Of a stretch of 64,000 nt of DNA, positions 38,401-53,400 are shown piece by piece. Position numbers and translations under genes: made by a program. The notes beneath the pieces are model-generated. The model made no database searches and was not told the DNA's origin. It was given only the letters and a program-made list of their open reading frames with translations. Origin of the DNA: Octopus vulgaris (Eukaryota); NCBI GenBank assembly GCA_951406725.2, contig OX597821.1:33418001-33482000 (forward strand), read 5' to 3'. Each line of letters opens with the position of its first letter. The first letter of the stretch is position 1.

Positions 38401-41400
38401 AAAGAAACACAGAGAGTCTCAAAATAAATACGGTAACGAAAGGGTTAACATTCATAACAACATGCTTGCAAGATTTCCAAAAGAGGTTCAGTCTCTTGAG
38501 AAGTCTTCACCACTTCTCATGACTTCTCAAGTATCCCTTTTCCACTTTGAATGGTTGGTACTGTAGTGAGACATTGTTAAACTATTTTTACACTGGGGCG
38601 TAAGTTAGTTGCACTTGGACAGACGCTATCAAGGTAGGATTGGCATTGTATGGATTCAAGCAACAACATCCGCCCAAGGCTAGAATGCACCTTCAGGTAA
38701 AAAGTTAGTTCAGTTGCCGCTAGTACGCTGGACGGTCAACCACGTTGCTTTAAAGCTCTTCATTCTGTCAGCTTCATCTAAAACATGGAAAGTGATATAT
38801 TTTGCTTCCTTAGCTGTTTTATTTCCAGAATGATTGACAAATTATTTAAGTTATCCTGAGCAACTTTGGTTCTTCTATAACAAATTCTTCACTCGACATT
38901 CCAATTATTGCTTCAAAGAGTTTATTTATTCAATATATCCGGCTTGCAGAATTTTGTCCTTTTAGCAATACTAGCATCCAAATTATGGAATCAATATTCA
39001 TATTCACATTTGTGACAGCTGAACTCCAGTGAAATAAATAGTAAATGAAACCTGATCCATTCATGTTTTTCACTACTGTTAACAAAATTTGTTATATGGA
39101 TAGAAAATGAGGATTAGATTTTTTTAAATTTTTAAGCCCAGATGATGTAAAAGATGCTTAATCCTATCCTTTTAAAGGCAAACCGCCTGTGATTGACCGT
39201 GGTTCTGTGATTCAACTTTCTATTTCAAAGTGATGTAAGGTAAAGCCTTTCATCAAAATTTCAAGTTAATTAACCAGTTTAATAACGACAAAGTTAATTC
39301 ACTAAATTCTTCATATTTTAAAAATTAATTGCAACAGAAGTATGATAACGAAAAGGTTAATCTAGACTGCAGCTAACAGCACCTAATCCTACATTTGTAG
39401 ATTTGACAACATAAACACACATATTCAAAGTTAATCCATAAAACTTAAAGAGAAATTCAGCACTTACCAGCCAATAAGAAGTTCTAAATTATATTTATTG
39501 TCTCGATCTCCAGCACCAAAACAAGGGTCTCTAAAATTTATGAAACTAGGATCTCCAGCTTTCTGAAAGTGAGAAAAAGAATATGAAATATAAATATATA
39601 TATATATATATTGCCAGTACCGCCTGACTGGCCCATGTGTGAAAATTCAAGCGAGGTTGTTGCCAGTACCGCTTGACTGGCCCCCATGCCGGTGGCATGT
39701 AAAAGCTCCCACTACACTCTCGGAGTGGTTGGCGTTAAGAAGGGCATCCAGCCGTAGAAACTCTGCCAGATCAAGACTGGAGCTTGGTGCAGCCATCTGG
39801 TTCGCCAACTCACAGTCAAACCGTCCAACGCATGCTAGTATGGAGAGCGGACATGATGATGATGATGATGATATATGCTGTAGATTCAGTTTAATCTTAA
39901 CTCTCTCAGATCTGGCCCCTTGTGTCTAACTTTACCTTCCACCTGGGTTCCTGAGCAAAAAAATAAATAGTTGCATACAGCTCAGACAAACTAATGAACA
40001 GAATCACAAAAGAATAACAATAGTAGGCCTACCTCTCAACTGCTGTATTTGTTCACCTGAATCACTACTGAATCAACTAGAAGTAGATGTCAAATACCTA
40101 CAAACCACTCTAAATTTGTTCTCTATATATAAAAGAGATATGCTGTGAAGACCAGCAAATAAAGTGAGTTCACGGCTGTATCCTACACCAGTTTCACATA
40201 ACCAGCCCCAGCCCATTCAAAAGTACCTTGGATCGTAGGGTAACCTGCTGTGCTTGAGGAGACCTATTGAGTCAAGTACATCAACATCAAAACAAAGAAA
40301 AAAGGAAATTGTAATTGTGATACCCGTACTGGTGGCATATAAAAAGCACCATCCAAATGTGGCTGATGCCAGCGCCACCTTGACTGGTCCGTGCTGGTGA
40401 AATGTAAAAAGCACCAACCGATCGTAGCCGTTGCCAGCCTCCTCTGGTGCCTGTGCTGGTGGCACGTAAAAAGCACCCACTACACTCACGGAGTGGCTGG
40501 TGTTAGGAAGGACATCCAGCTGTAGAAACACTGCCAGATCAGACTGGAGCCTGGTGCAACTTCCTGGCTTCCCAGACCCCAGTTGAACCATCCAACCCAA
40601 GCTAGCATGGAAAACGGACGTTAAACGACGATGATGATACAGGGTAAGGCGAATAAATTATCGTCTAAATTACACAAAAATGGAAATAACACTGAGATCT
40701 CATTTTAACATATATTTACCAACATTGCATAAAAATATCTTCAAATACTAAAGAGTAAATTTATTACCCTACTATACTGTGTAGTCAACAAAATCAAAAA
40801 CAAATAATTCGCATGCGTGAAATTAAAAATATAAAATGGCAACAATTTACCCATTGCACCCTGTATAAAGTACTAGGCTTTAAGAAACAGATATTCAATT
40901 AAAACCTCTTCAAAGTGGTGCCCCAGCATGGCCACAGGCTAATGACAGAAACAAGTAAAAGATAAAAAATTTTATATTTTGGTAAATGTCTTCTCCTATA
41001 GCTCCAATTCAAACACAGTTTTTGATTTGTACTTTCTATTGATACCACAACAATACGATTATTGTGCCCTCCTCCTTTTCCTCTGTCTAGAGATGATCAA
41101 ATTTAATTTGAAAATCAAGTGAATTTTATAAAGACGCGCTGCCTTGACTGGCTTCTGTGCCGGTGGCACGTAAAAGCACCAACCGATCGTGGCCACTGCC
41201 AGCCTCCCCTGGCACCTATACCGGAGGCACGTAAAAAGCACCAACTACACACACACAGAGTGGTTGGCGTTAAGAAGGGCATCCAGCTGTAGAAACACTG
41301 CCAGATCAGACTGGAGCTTGATGCAACCTCCTGGCTTCTCAGGCCCCGGTCGAACCGTCCAACCCATGCTAGCACGGAAAACGGACGTTAAACGATGATG

Positions 41401-44400
41401 ATGATGATGAAAAACAAATAATTCCATTCATGGCACATGGTAATGGTCAAAATAAAAACAAAAAGAAACTTACCGGGACATTCACGATTTGGACTGCAGG
41501 TTGTCGTCTACCCGCAATTTGGTATGCAGCAATGAACATGTATGTAGCAACCCAGACGACATCGAAGACTGTAAGTATATATATGAACAGAACTACAGTA
41601 CATGTTTAACAATAATTATTTGAGTTGAATGACATTTTTCACTCATAATATTTTCTTAGAATAAATTTATAACTAGGACAGTAATTTTTTTTTTTTTGCC
41701 AAATAAACACATGCACTATATATTCCGTCATCACTCATTTATTATTGTTCTTCTTTTATCTTATGTCTATTGTCTAGAAATCTCTTGTCACACATCTGCG
41801 ACCTCTTCAGCAACCCTTTCCACCCACATATATCCTCCTGCTCCACCTACTCCATTCTGTCCTATGAATGGACTAGGTGAAGCAGGAGGATACACGTAGA
41901 TGGAAAGAGTTGCTGAAGAGGTCACAGATGTGTGACAAGAGATTTCCAAACAATCGACATAAGATAAAATAGGAACAATAATAAACAAGTGAAGAACAAA
42001 TATACAGTACATGTGTTTATTTGACAAAAAAAAAAAAGAAAGAAAATTACCAGCCTGAAATATAAGTTTCAACACATGGTTTCACATCAGGAATCTTGCA
42101 ACAGAAATTCAATGTAATTTGTTTTTTAGTATTCCAGCAAGCAAGAAGGAAAAACAATGTCCCTGACCATTTTCAAATATATTAAGAAGGCCAACACTTA
42201 TGGCTTTTTGCAGGGTTTCTAAGGTTGGTAGTAAGAAATGGAGAACAATGGTTTGCTGCAGTAAGAAATATCAGATCCAAACATCAAGTTTTCATCAGAT
42301 GAGAGACTTGGATTGAATATTTATGAAACAGTGAATACTGCTAAAGGCACACAAAGAACAAGTGTATACTCCTCTAGCATTCAGATTACTCTGTCAAATG
42401 TAATGCTTATTTATTCACATTGTTTGGAATTAATCATGCATTATCTCATAGCTTTGAGATTTCAATGTGATTGAGTGTTTTTTTAGAATGACATTGTAGA
42501 GTAGGTGTCAGATGCCAGTTCTTGATGATATGAACGTGAAACAGGTAGAATATTTTGGCCTGATATGGCTGGTTTAAATGCTCAAGTGTTAAGCCAGGTC
42601 AGTCATCCAAAAATAGAGACCATCCAACAAACTACCACATTTTAGTTTCAGTTAAACCCACAAGGTCAAACTGTAGCTGAAAGGAAGACCAAGAGAATTA
42701 ATTGAATTGTCAGGAATGAGGTACAAATGTAACCCCTACAAATCTTTAATGATACAATAGCTCTTTATAAATAAGAGGTTTTGCTATGTGTTCCCCAGTG
42801 TTTAGAATATACAACATTGGTGCATGTGCTAAGTAATGAAAAAGGTTAGTATCATCAAGAGCATCTGGCCACAAAAAAGTCCCCCCCACACACACACAGA
42901 CAACTCTGCTTTTTTCCCCCTCAAGGGTTTACATGCCCCAATATTAGACCCTTTACCTTAGTCAATGCATGGTAATCACTTAGAAGCTTTAAGCTTATAA
43001 AATAATATTATCAATATAGACACACACACACACACACAGAGTGGTGGATATCTGTCACTAGGGGAACTCATAGCAGGGTGAAATCATGTGATCTAGCTGT
43101 AGCAGACTGCTCATTGGTTGATGATATAATTTTGAGTACTTTTATGCACAAGTCCTTATGAGAGGTTCTCTCAAGGTAAATAACATGGTATTCTGCGTTC
43201 TAAAACAACCGCCATGTTAAGTTGGAGATCAAGATTACTTTTTCATATCTCTACATATATATAAAGCTGAAGTTGTCTGTGTATGGCAGGTTTGGTAGCC
43301 TTCAACTAACACTATTTCCTCCTAGACTCTGTGGTGCAAGTTGATCAAAATTGAGAGTATGATAGAAGAAGGCTTGCTCTCCCTTCCGTAGAAGAAAAAA
43401 ATTCAAATCTGACCATGTTACTACCAAAAATTATTTACATCAAAAAGATTCTTTTTTTCTCTGAAAATCCCTATTTTTTTTACAATTTTTTTTATTGCTG
43501 TGTCGCCATTTTTCGGTGTATTTCAACCAGAAAAATGATCACTTAAAGAGAATAACAAGCTACATAATGCAAAATTTTTACTTTTCAAAAATTCCAATTC
43601 TAAAGGGTTGAAACAAACCCGAAAAACGCTGGGCGATACTGCTAGTTAATAATACTTCTGTTGCCATTATCTATTTTTCAATAAGCCCATTGGCTATTTG
43701 TAACACCAGAGTTTGAATAGACACTTAGATTCTATATATAGTTGACAGGAGATTTGCCTGTTATTGCACTGTTGAACATCTGTCACTGAGGAACCCATAG
43801 CAGGGTGAAATCATGTGATCTGATAGATGTAGCAGACTATTATCTGTCAAGAATATAATTTCGAGTGTTTTTAAGAGATTCTCTGAAGGTAAATAACCTG
43901 GTATTCCGTGTTCTAATAGAACCTCCATGTTAAGTTGGAGATCAGATTACCATTTGTTATTAATACTTATTTCTTTACTACCCACAAGGTGCTAAACACA
44001 GAGGGAACAAACAAGGACAGACAAATGGATTAAGTCGATTACATCGACCCCAGTGCGTAACTGGTACTTAATTTATTGACCTTGAAAGGATGAAAGGCAA
44101 AGTCGACCTCGGTGGAGTTTGAACTCAGAACATAACGGCAGACGAAATACGGCTACGCATTTCGCCCGGCATGCTGACGTTTCTGCCAGATTGCCACCTT
44201 TGTTATTAATACTGCTTCTGATGCTGTTATATATCATCATCATCATTTAACGTCCATTTTTCATGCTAGCATGGGTTGGATGATTTGACAGGAGCTGACC
44301 AGCTGAAGAGCTGACCAAGTTCCATGTCTGTTTCAGCATGGTTTCTGACTAGATGCCCTTCCTAATGCCAACAACTTTACAGAGTGTAGAGGGTGCTCTT

Positions 44401-47400
44401 ACACAGCACCAACACGTGCCCTTACATGGCACCAGCACCCATAAGCCTGCAAGGTTAGGAATGCTCTGCTGGAGAGGGATGCAGGGAACAGCCTGTATAC
44501 AAGGACAACAATGCTTTTATTTAGCAAAATAAGGTTAGCATTAGTAAAATTCCACCCTGTGCCATCCAGCTGGTCGTTACTTTTCTCCAAGGACAAGATT
44601 CAAAGTGCTGGAAACTTGTTCATTAAACCGATATAAATTATACCACAAGTTTAATACTTGTTACACATACCTAGGCATAGGAGTGGTTGTGCGGTAAGTA
44701 ACTTGCTTACCAACCACATGGTTCCAGGTTCAGTCCCACTGCGTGGCACCTTGGGCAAGTGTCTTCTATAGCCTCAGGCCAACCAAAGCCTTGTGAATGG
44801 ATGGGTGTGTGTGTGTGTGTGTATGTTTGTGTGTCTGTGTTTGTCCCCCCAACATCGCTTGACAACCGATGGTGGTGTGTTTACGCCCCCGTAACTTAGC
44901 GGTTCGCAAAAGAGATCGATAGAATAAGGACTAGGCTTTCAAAGAATAAGTCCTGGGGCCGATTTGCTCGACTAATGGCGGTGCTCCATCATGGACACAG
45001 TCAAATGACTGAAAAGAGTAAAAGAGATACCTCATAGAATCTGCCTTTTTGGAATACAATAAAAACAAATCTAAAACAAAGAATTTATCCAATAATCAAA
45101 GACAAAGTTACTGACAAACCTTCATGATGACCATCACCAAGGTTGTTTGGAGGAGGCCAATTTTTTGTTATTGTCAACTGGGGTTGAAACTGTTTCAGTT
45201 CACCTGTTTTAGTTCCAACAACTAACTGTTTGCCTTTGGGACTCCAGCATACTATAAGACAAAAACAAAAAAAAACAAAAAAAAGATAAAGAAAAAGGTA
45301 TTAAAGAATTATAAATTTTATTTTCTATTTTTCTTGCATTTTAAGAGAAACTCTAATTTTTTTAATTGGAAACAGTCAGAAACAGAACACTAGACTGAAT
45401 AACATCATATGATAATTAGATTTTGTCCATTGATGGATAAGAATTCAAATTTCAGCAATATATTAATACTAATTGTTCTATTCAGAAAAAGATACTTGTC
45501 AAGAGCTACAGAACACTAGACTGACTAACCTGATACATTGTTTAGTTTCATCCTGCTTTGATCTGAATTAAGTTCTTGTTTAGCTTCTGGTCAGCACTGA
45601 CCAAACAAAGACATTTTTGTATAGCAGACACTATACTGTTCAATGCAACCATTTTAATGTAAGAGAGGGATGTAGCTTCTATTTCTAGCAGGTTAAACAA
45701 TCATACTAGCAAGGGTTTTTTTTTTTCATTGTTTTGTGTCACACAACCTGTAGGGAATGTATAGCAACAAGAAGAGAGTGAACCAGCTGTGATTTTGGCC
45801 CCTCACCATCGTTGTTTAACATCCATTTTTTATGCCGGCATGGTTTCTATGGCTGGATGTCCTTCCTAATGCCAACCACTTTACAGAGTGTACTGACTGG
45901 GTTTTGTTTTTGTGCCACTGGCAAAACTGAGGTAATCGGATAACTTGCAAGACAAAGAAAAAAATCAAGAAAAAGCCTCATCTAAATGGAGGAGGGGTAA
46001 TATTTAAGACAGGGAGAAGGGGCAATGGTTTCTTCGCCAAGTGTTGAGAAACTAAGGAGATCATCATCATTACTGTTTAACGTCCGTTTTCCATGCTGGC
46101 ATGGGTTGGATGGTTTGACTGATAACTGGCAAGCCAGGAAATGCACCAGGCTCCAATCTGAACTGGCAAGGTTTCTACAGCTGGATATCCTACCTAATGC
46201 CAACCACTCCAGAAAACAAAAATTCAAAAGTTAGGTGTGCACATTAGCTACATCCAAGTCATATTCCTTGACCGAATAGCACTGTCCAAAGATATCAAAA
46301 TTGATTAAAATATCAACTCTTTAGCATTTAGATTATTGTCAAATGCAATGCTTAATTATTTATTTTGTTTTGAATTAATCATAACTTCAAAATTTTGATG
46401 ACGTGACTGTTTATCTTTAGAATAACATTGTATGATAAGTGTGAGAGGCCAGATCTGGTCAGTTTGAACGTAAGACAGGTAGAATATTTTTGCCAGATAT
46501 CCGAGAGTGATCGTTTACAGAGCAGCTAACAGGCTTCCGGTAAAGAGCACCATTTGAGCGTGACCGTTACCAGCGTCGCCTTACTGGCACTTGTGCCGGC
46601 AGCACATGAAAAATCATTCGAGTGAGGTCGTTGCTAGTGATGATGGACTGGCTCCTGTGCAGGTGGTATGTAAAAAACACCATTTGAGCATGGCCGTTGC
46701 CAGTGCCTCCTTACTAGCCCTTGTACCGGTGGCATGTAAAAGCACCCACTACACTCTCAGAGTGGTTGGCATTGGGAAGGGCATCCAGCTGTAGAAACTC
46801 TGCCAGATCAGATTGGAGCCTGGTGTAACCATCTGGTTCACCAGTCCTCAGTCAAATCGTCCAACCCATGCTAGCATGGAAAGCGGACATTAAACGATGA
46901 TGATGACCAGTTTCAATACTGACGGTTTAAAGAACACTAGTCCCAAAAATCAATATTTGTAATTTTTTGTTGTTTCCATACACCTTCTTTATCTTTAAAC
47001 TGTTTCAATCATCAGACTGTGACCATGCTGGGGCACTGCCTTGAAGAATTTTAGCTGAGTGAATTTACCCCAGTACAAGTTTTTGTAAGCCTGGTACTTA
47101 TTCTATAGGAGCTTTAATAAATGTTCGTGAATAAACATATATGTTAATATCATGCAGTACTCTGCAACCTTTTTACACTTACAGTTTTTAGAATTCGGTG
47201 GTATACCTGAACTAAAAATATAACTAAAAGAATAGGGAAAAAAATTAGATTCAGGTCACACTGTGGCACACCTAGCATCGTCTCGTGGTATACCAGTGTG
47301 CCGCAGAATACTAGTTGTGGAGCATTGATATAGTGTCATAAAAACACCAACTGTTTCATTTGAAACATTTTTCTAATCTTAATGAAGTAAACAATTATGT

Positions 47401-50400
47401 TTTTAAAACTGGTACTTGGTCATCAATTTGTAGAAAAGCGGTAGAGAGGATTTAAACCTGAGCCCAGTTCAATAGTTTGTATTGGGAAATATTTTATTGA
47501 AGCCCCACCCTCCTTCAAAGGGATTTAAATTCTGAACACAGAGACAAAACTAATTAGAGCAAGGTATTTAGTCTAATGTTACACTGTTTCTGCCACTCTA
47601 TATGGCCTTCAACATGATAAAATTAGTAAGTCAATGAAGGTTTTTTTACACAATCACTCAACCTGCTAAAAGTAGCAGGTAAATCTCTCTGAAATTACAC
47701 CCATTCATCATAAAGAAGGATAAAACACATTAGATAATGTAGTCTTAGATTTCACTAAAAAGACTGGATGGTTACAGCTGGAATGCCTGTCTTCAGGAAT
47801 TTAAAAAAATTGTGGTGTAAAGAAAGCAATCGCTGTTATCCAACCCAAAGGAAATTCATCTAAAAATGTTGTAGTTAAAATAGTCATCATTTAGTTGTTC
47901 CAAAATAAAATATGAGAAGCTAAAAGCTCACTTACAACACGAAGCACCAACAGACACTTCAGCAACCACTTTTACGTCAGCAGCAATCTTGAACATACTA
48001 ACATTGCCATTTGAACAGCAGACTGCAAGTAACTCTGGCATTTTAGGATTCCAAGCAAGGTCTTTCACCTGGATCCCAGGCTCCATGCTGTGAACTAGGA
48101 ATGGCCCGATATCTCCCTGTTAAGAAAAAAGGTCTGGTGATTAAAATAAATTCAGATTTTTTTTCCCCCACTATAGCAACTGAATAACAACATAAAATAA
48201 AACAGAATATGAGAAATGTGTTAACACACTTAGAAGAACAAAAATACATTTGGAGCATTAACAAAAAAATATTGATACTTGATTTAATTTAGTATTTTAT
48301 AGAAATTTATCAAACCTAGAGACAAAGATGACTTTAACAGGATTTAAACTCAGAATGACTAATAAACCAAAAGCAAAGCTAAATTTTATTAAGTGCCATT
48401 AAAAGATAAAGAACAGCACCAATGGCTCCTTTTCATTCATCTGAAACCATTTACCATTCCTCATTCTATGTTTATGTTCCAAAGAAAGATATTTTACTAA
48501 ATTCTTCATTAGTTTCATACTCAGTCATATAATGAGAGTTCATTCATTCAACTATGTCCTTCCCCTATAACTTTATAGTCTTGAGCCAATGCAGGAAACC
48601 AGTTTAATTTACACCTGTAAATTATTTATAAGTGTGCATGCTCTAAACACTAAAGCCAAATCTGCATATTCTAAACACTAAAACCAACTGTGCATGTCTG
48701 TCTACACACACACACACAGACAGACACACCATCATAATACATGTGTGGAGGCACATGGCCTAGTGGTTAGAGCAGCGGACTCGCAGGTTCAAATCTCAGA
48801 CCGGACAATTGTGTGTTTATGAGCGAAACACCTAAGCTCCATGTGGCTCTGGCAGAAGGTAATGGTGAAGTTTCTGCTGACTCTTTCGCCACAACTTTCT
48901 CTCACTCTTTCCTCCTGCATCTTGCAGCTCACCTGTGATGGACCGGCGTCCTGTCCAGATGGAGAACCTATACGCCAAGAAACCAGCCCTTATGAGCCAG
49001 GCATGGCTCGAGAAGGAACAAACAACAAAGATACATGTGCTTTTCCATGCCAGCTTAGGTTGCACAGATTTTTCTGATGCAATGTTTTACAGTTGGATGT
49101 TCTTCTTGTCACTAAACCTCTCAGTCACTTCTTATGGGACATGATGTAATTTTCAAATTCTGAGATATATAGAGTAGTATGTGTGTGTGTACTTTTGATC
49201 TTTCTTTCAGTGCTTCAACCTATTTCATTATTGCCCACAAGGGGCTAAACATAGAGGACAAACAAGGCCAGACATAGGTATTAAGTTGCAGTGCATAACT
49301 GGTACTTATTTAATCGACCCCGAAAGGATGAAAGGCAAAGTTGACCTCAGCGGAATTTGAACTCAGAACATAGCGGCAGAAGAAACCTGGTAAGCATTTC
49401 GTCCGGTGTGCTAACGATTCTGCCAGCTCGCCACCCTTCAACCATTGGCCCATACTGGAGCACTGTCAGCAAGAGTTTTAGTCATCCCGGAACAAAAGTT
49501 GAAGTCAACTGAGTCAGAAAAAAAATCCCAAAGGATTTTTGTCCAACACAGCAGACCTTGCTTTCGAAGCAGTTACACACACACAGGGGTGTTTACAGGT
49601 AACAAACATTACTAACAAGGTTTTGTCCAAGGTACAGTATTATAGAATCAAAACTAAGACAAATGGTTGCAAAATTATTTTAACCACTTTGCCATCATGA
49701 ATATATAACCTCTCGAAAGAGCTGTTCTTCATTCCTGCTCCAGAGCGTGGGCTGCGGGGTCACTCCAAAAACTCTATCTACGACGATTCCATCTCAATCG
49801 AAGGAGAGGTGCTTTCTCCGTGGAATAAGCTGCCGGACGAGATAGTGAAGATGCCGACAACCGCTCGGTTCAAAGTCTCTCTTGACCAGAAACGGCCTGA
49901 ACTCTTTCTATGATCACCCTCCCTGTACATAACTCCCTGTCCCCCTACATGGCCTTGCTTTTGCTTTTTGAGCCAATAAATTGAATTGAATTGAATTGAA
50001 ATAAACATAAACACAGCAGTTCATTGCATTATAATTAACTAAACAGAGAAATTTACTTACAGGATTGAGGAATGCTTTTGTTTCAAAGAAATATAGTACA
50101 GTTGTAGCTGCCTCAACAACAACAGCAAGAACAAGATCATCACAACTAATAGCTACATTTAGAAGTTTCCCACTGAGGCAAAAGTTCTTCAGAAGTGGTA
50201 GAGTTTCAATGATATTCTGGCTCCTTTGTTCAATATTTTCTTCGTCCAGTCGTAGAAGATCTGAACTTTTGAAACCAAGCAAACCTAGAAAGTAAAAATA
50301 AATTAATAATTAAATGAAAAAAAAACCAGTAATGGCAAACTTGAAGAAGCTGTAAAAGAATAACTAAAATATTTGGACTGTTAGACACATCTGACTTCAA

Positions 50401-53400
50401 AAATCATGTGACTGCCAGGTGTTTTCCATCTTTTGTAATCTCATCAGCTTTGCAGACTTTTGAGTCCCTTAGGACTGAGATATATGGCGCATTGCTATAT
50501 TCGAGAAGACCCACCCATCACAACGTAATTGAGATCCTAAAACCAAGGTACCATGTAAATAGCATTGGTGTGAGTGCTGGTACCATGTAAAAAAGCGCCC
50601 AGTGCACTCTGTAAAGTGAATGGTGTTAGGAAGAGCATTCAGCCACAGAAATCAAGCAAAAACAAACTATGGAACTTGGTGCTGTCCTTGGCCTTGCAAG
50701 TTATTGTCAAGCCATTCAACCCATGCCAGCATGGAAAATGGATGATAAATATTGATGAAGATGATTAGAGGCCTGTATGAACATCAATATGGGCATCCAG
50801 GAAAAGGAATGTACAGAAGCCCTTCCTTATTTCTTTATTGCCCACAGGGGGCTAAGCATAGAGGGGACAAACAAGGACAAACAAAGCGATTAAGTCGATT
50901 ACATCGACCCCAGTGCGGAACTGGTACTTAATTTATCGACCCCGAAGGGATGAAAAGCAAAGTTGACCTCAGCAGAATTTGAACTTAGAACGTAACGGCA
51001 GATGAAATACCTATTTCTTTACTACCCACAAGGGGCTAAACACAGAGAGGACAAACAAGGACAGACAAACGGATTAAGTCGATTACATCGATCCCAGTGC
51101 GTAACTGGTACTTAATTCATCGACCCCGAAAGGATGAAAGGCAAAGTCGACATCGTCGGAATTTGAACTTAGAACAAAATACCACTAAGCATTTCGCCCG
51201 GTGTGCTAACATTTCTGCCAGCTTGCCGCTCTTTCATTCATTTGATAGCAAGTCACAGAACGTCTGGTAAAAATTGGGGTTCCCGGGCAACAGCTTTAAG
51301 TGACCATGATTTAACATTGCATGGATGAGGAGATTCCTTTAGCAAAACCAACGAACATGTCCCTTTAGGATATTTTCCAAATTTTTCATCTTCCTTCTTG
51401 TGAATTTTTCTCCAATGCTGTTACATTCAACATTCACCTTTTAGATGCCTTATTCTTATACAAATTCATAGGCTGAGTTTGAAATCAAAACAATTATTAT
51501 TTCAATGAGCTCTCACTTGAGGAGACCTGTCAGGCTAAGTGAAATTGCAGTCGTAGCTGATGCTAGTGTCACATAACTGGCACCCATGCTGGTGGCACGT
51601 AATAAACACCCTTCAAACGTTGGGCAATATACCATGCTTGAGAAGATCAGTCAAGCCAAATGAAATTGTCACATAACTGGCACCTGTGCTGATGACATGC
51701 AAAAAAAAACCCTCTGAACTTTGGGCCTCATAGAGGCAGTGACAAGTGACAGACCTTTGGCAATATACTGTGCTTGAGAAGACCTGTCAGGCCAAGTGAG
51801 GTCATAGTTGTGGCCGATGATGGTGTTTCGTAACCGGTACCTGTGTTGGTGGCATGTAAAAAGCACCCACTACACTTTTGGAGTGGTTGGCAATAGGAAG
51901 TGCATCCAACAGTAGAAACAATGTCAATTCAGACTTGAACCTGATGCAGCTCCCCAGCTTACCAGTTTTCAGTAAAACCATTCCAAGTCATGCCAGTATG
52001 GAAAATGGATGTTAAATGATGAAGAATAGCAGACATACTGTGCTCAATACTCCAAGAGAACAAGCCAATCAAAATATCGTGAAGGACAAAGTATTTGCAT
52101 AAAATACAAGTTTAATATTTCGTTTTTGGATTTGGTTTGCAAGATTCTTTATATGAGTTCGTGTGTTGAAGCATATTCTGTTGTGTCTGGGGAGAGTCAT
52201 TTTCTTTTTGTGCCTTATAATGTAACACACTTACCGATAAAATTTCCACTTATTTTTTTATCTTAAAAAAAGAAAGAAGTGGAAATTTTACCAGTGAATG
52301 TGTTAAATAATAAGGCACTAATGACTCTCCCCAGACACAACAGAACAAGTTTAATACATTACAGCAAAGGAGTATCTGCTTGGCCCTACTGTCCCAGATG
52401 CATTGTGTTTCAGGAAAAGACGTGTCAGTCATGGCTGGACTGCTGCTCACTGCTCAATCAGGGTCAACTGGGACTGAGGAACAATATTTTTTATTCCAGT
52501 TATGGAATGTGTTTGTGAATACTGTGGTAATAATTACTGCTATTATTACTACTCAGTTATTTCCATCACCTCACCAGCCAGTCAATAACAAAACTTTGGA
52601 ATCTCTTATTATAAAAGGCAGATTTTATCTGCCTCCCTTTGGGAGTTATACAAATCTACAATATAGGATTTCTTCAATTACAATTTACCTAGCAGTTTTA
52701 AGAGTACAATGCATCGCGTCATGCCAGGTCCAGTTTTTAAAATTTAAACTCCAATTAAGCAAAATTTACAGAAAACTCACATTCTGGTGTGTGTGTCAAA
52801 TGTTTTTCTTAGTCTGGTTTACACCACACGCAAACGCACACACACAGTGGGCAACGAATAAAATGAAAGTAAATGTAATATTTGTTTCTGTCTATCACGC
52901 TGATAGATACATGAGTAAAATGTATGGGAAGCTAACAGATAACAGTGAGTGAAAATGTTCTTGGAAGAGAGTAAATTAGCGACAGTGATTTGAGGAAGAC
53001 TAAACTGAAACTATGAAACAGTGTTTATGTATAAACAGACGACACTTATATAAACCCTTTCGTTACCAAACCGCCCGAATTTACCTATTCATATTTAAAT
53101 GAGAATATCAGAGTAAATCTCTTTAGTACATTCGTGAAAACACGTATTATACTTCGTAAACACTTCAAATACAGTTTTGTACAAAAATCGAAGTGTAATT
53201 TTAATTCCGTGAATTATGGGAGATTTCTTTCCGAAATTTGTTCCTATTGTGTTTTCAAAATTTGTAATTCTGACAAAAAATGGATACGAATTTCATTATA
53301 TCAAGCAGCGAGTCAGAATTCGAAGGATTTTCTACTGAAGACCTTCATAAATCTAACTCTATGACTGAAAAAAAAAAGCATCTTTATATAAGAGTGAAGT

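Noticed and set aside
38710-38790. VLDEADRM DEAD-box motif on the minus strand
   Set aside because: No other helicase motifs and a stop 15 codons later; probably chance
43048-43105. Resemblance to the 7SK RNA 5' stem (atctgtcac..cagggt..gatct)
   Set aside because: Short patchy similarity only, with no recognisable 7SK ends or promoter
52380-52952. 190-aa plus-strand ORF
   Set aside because: Runs across a Helitron-like boundary, with no recognisable domain or splice support
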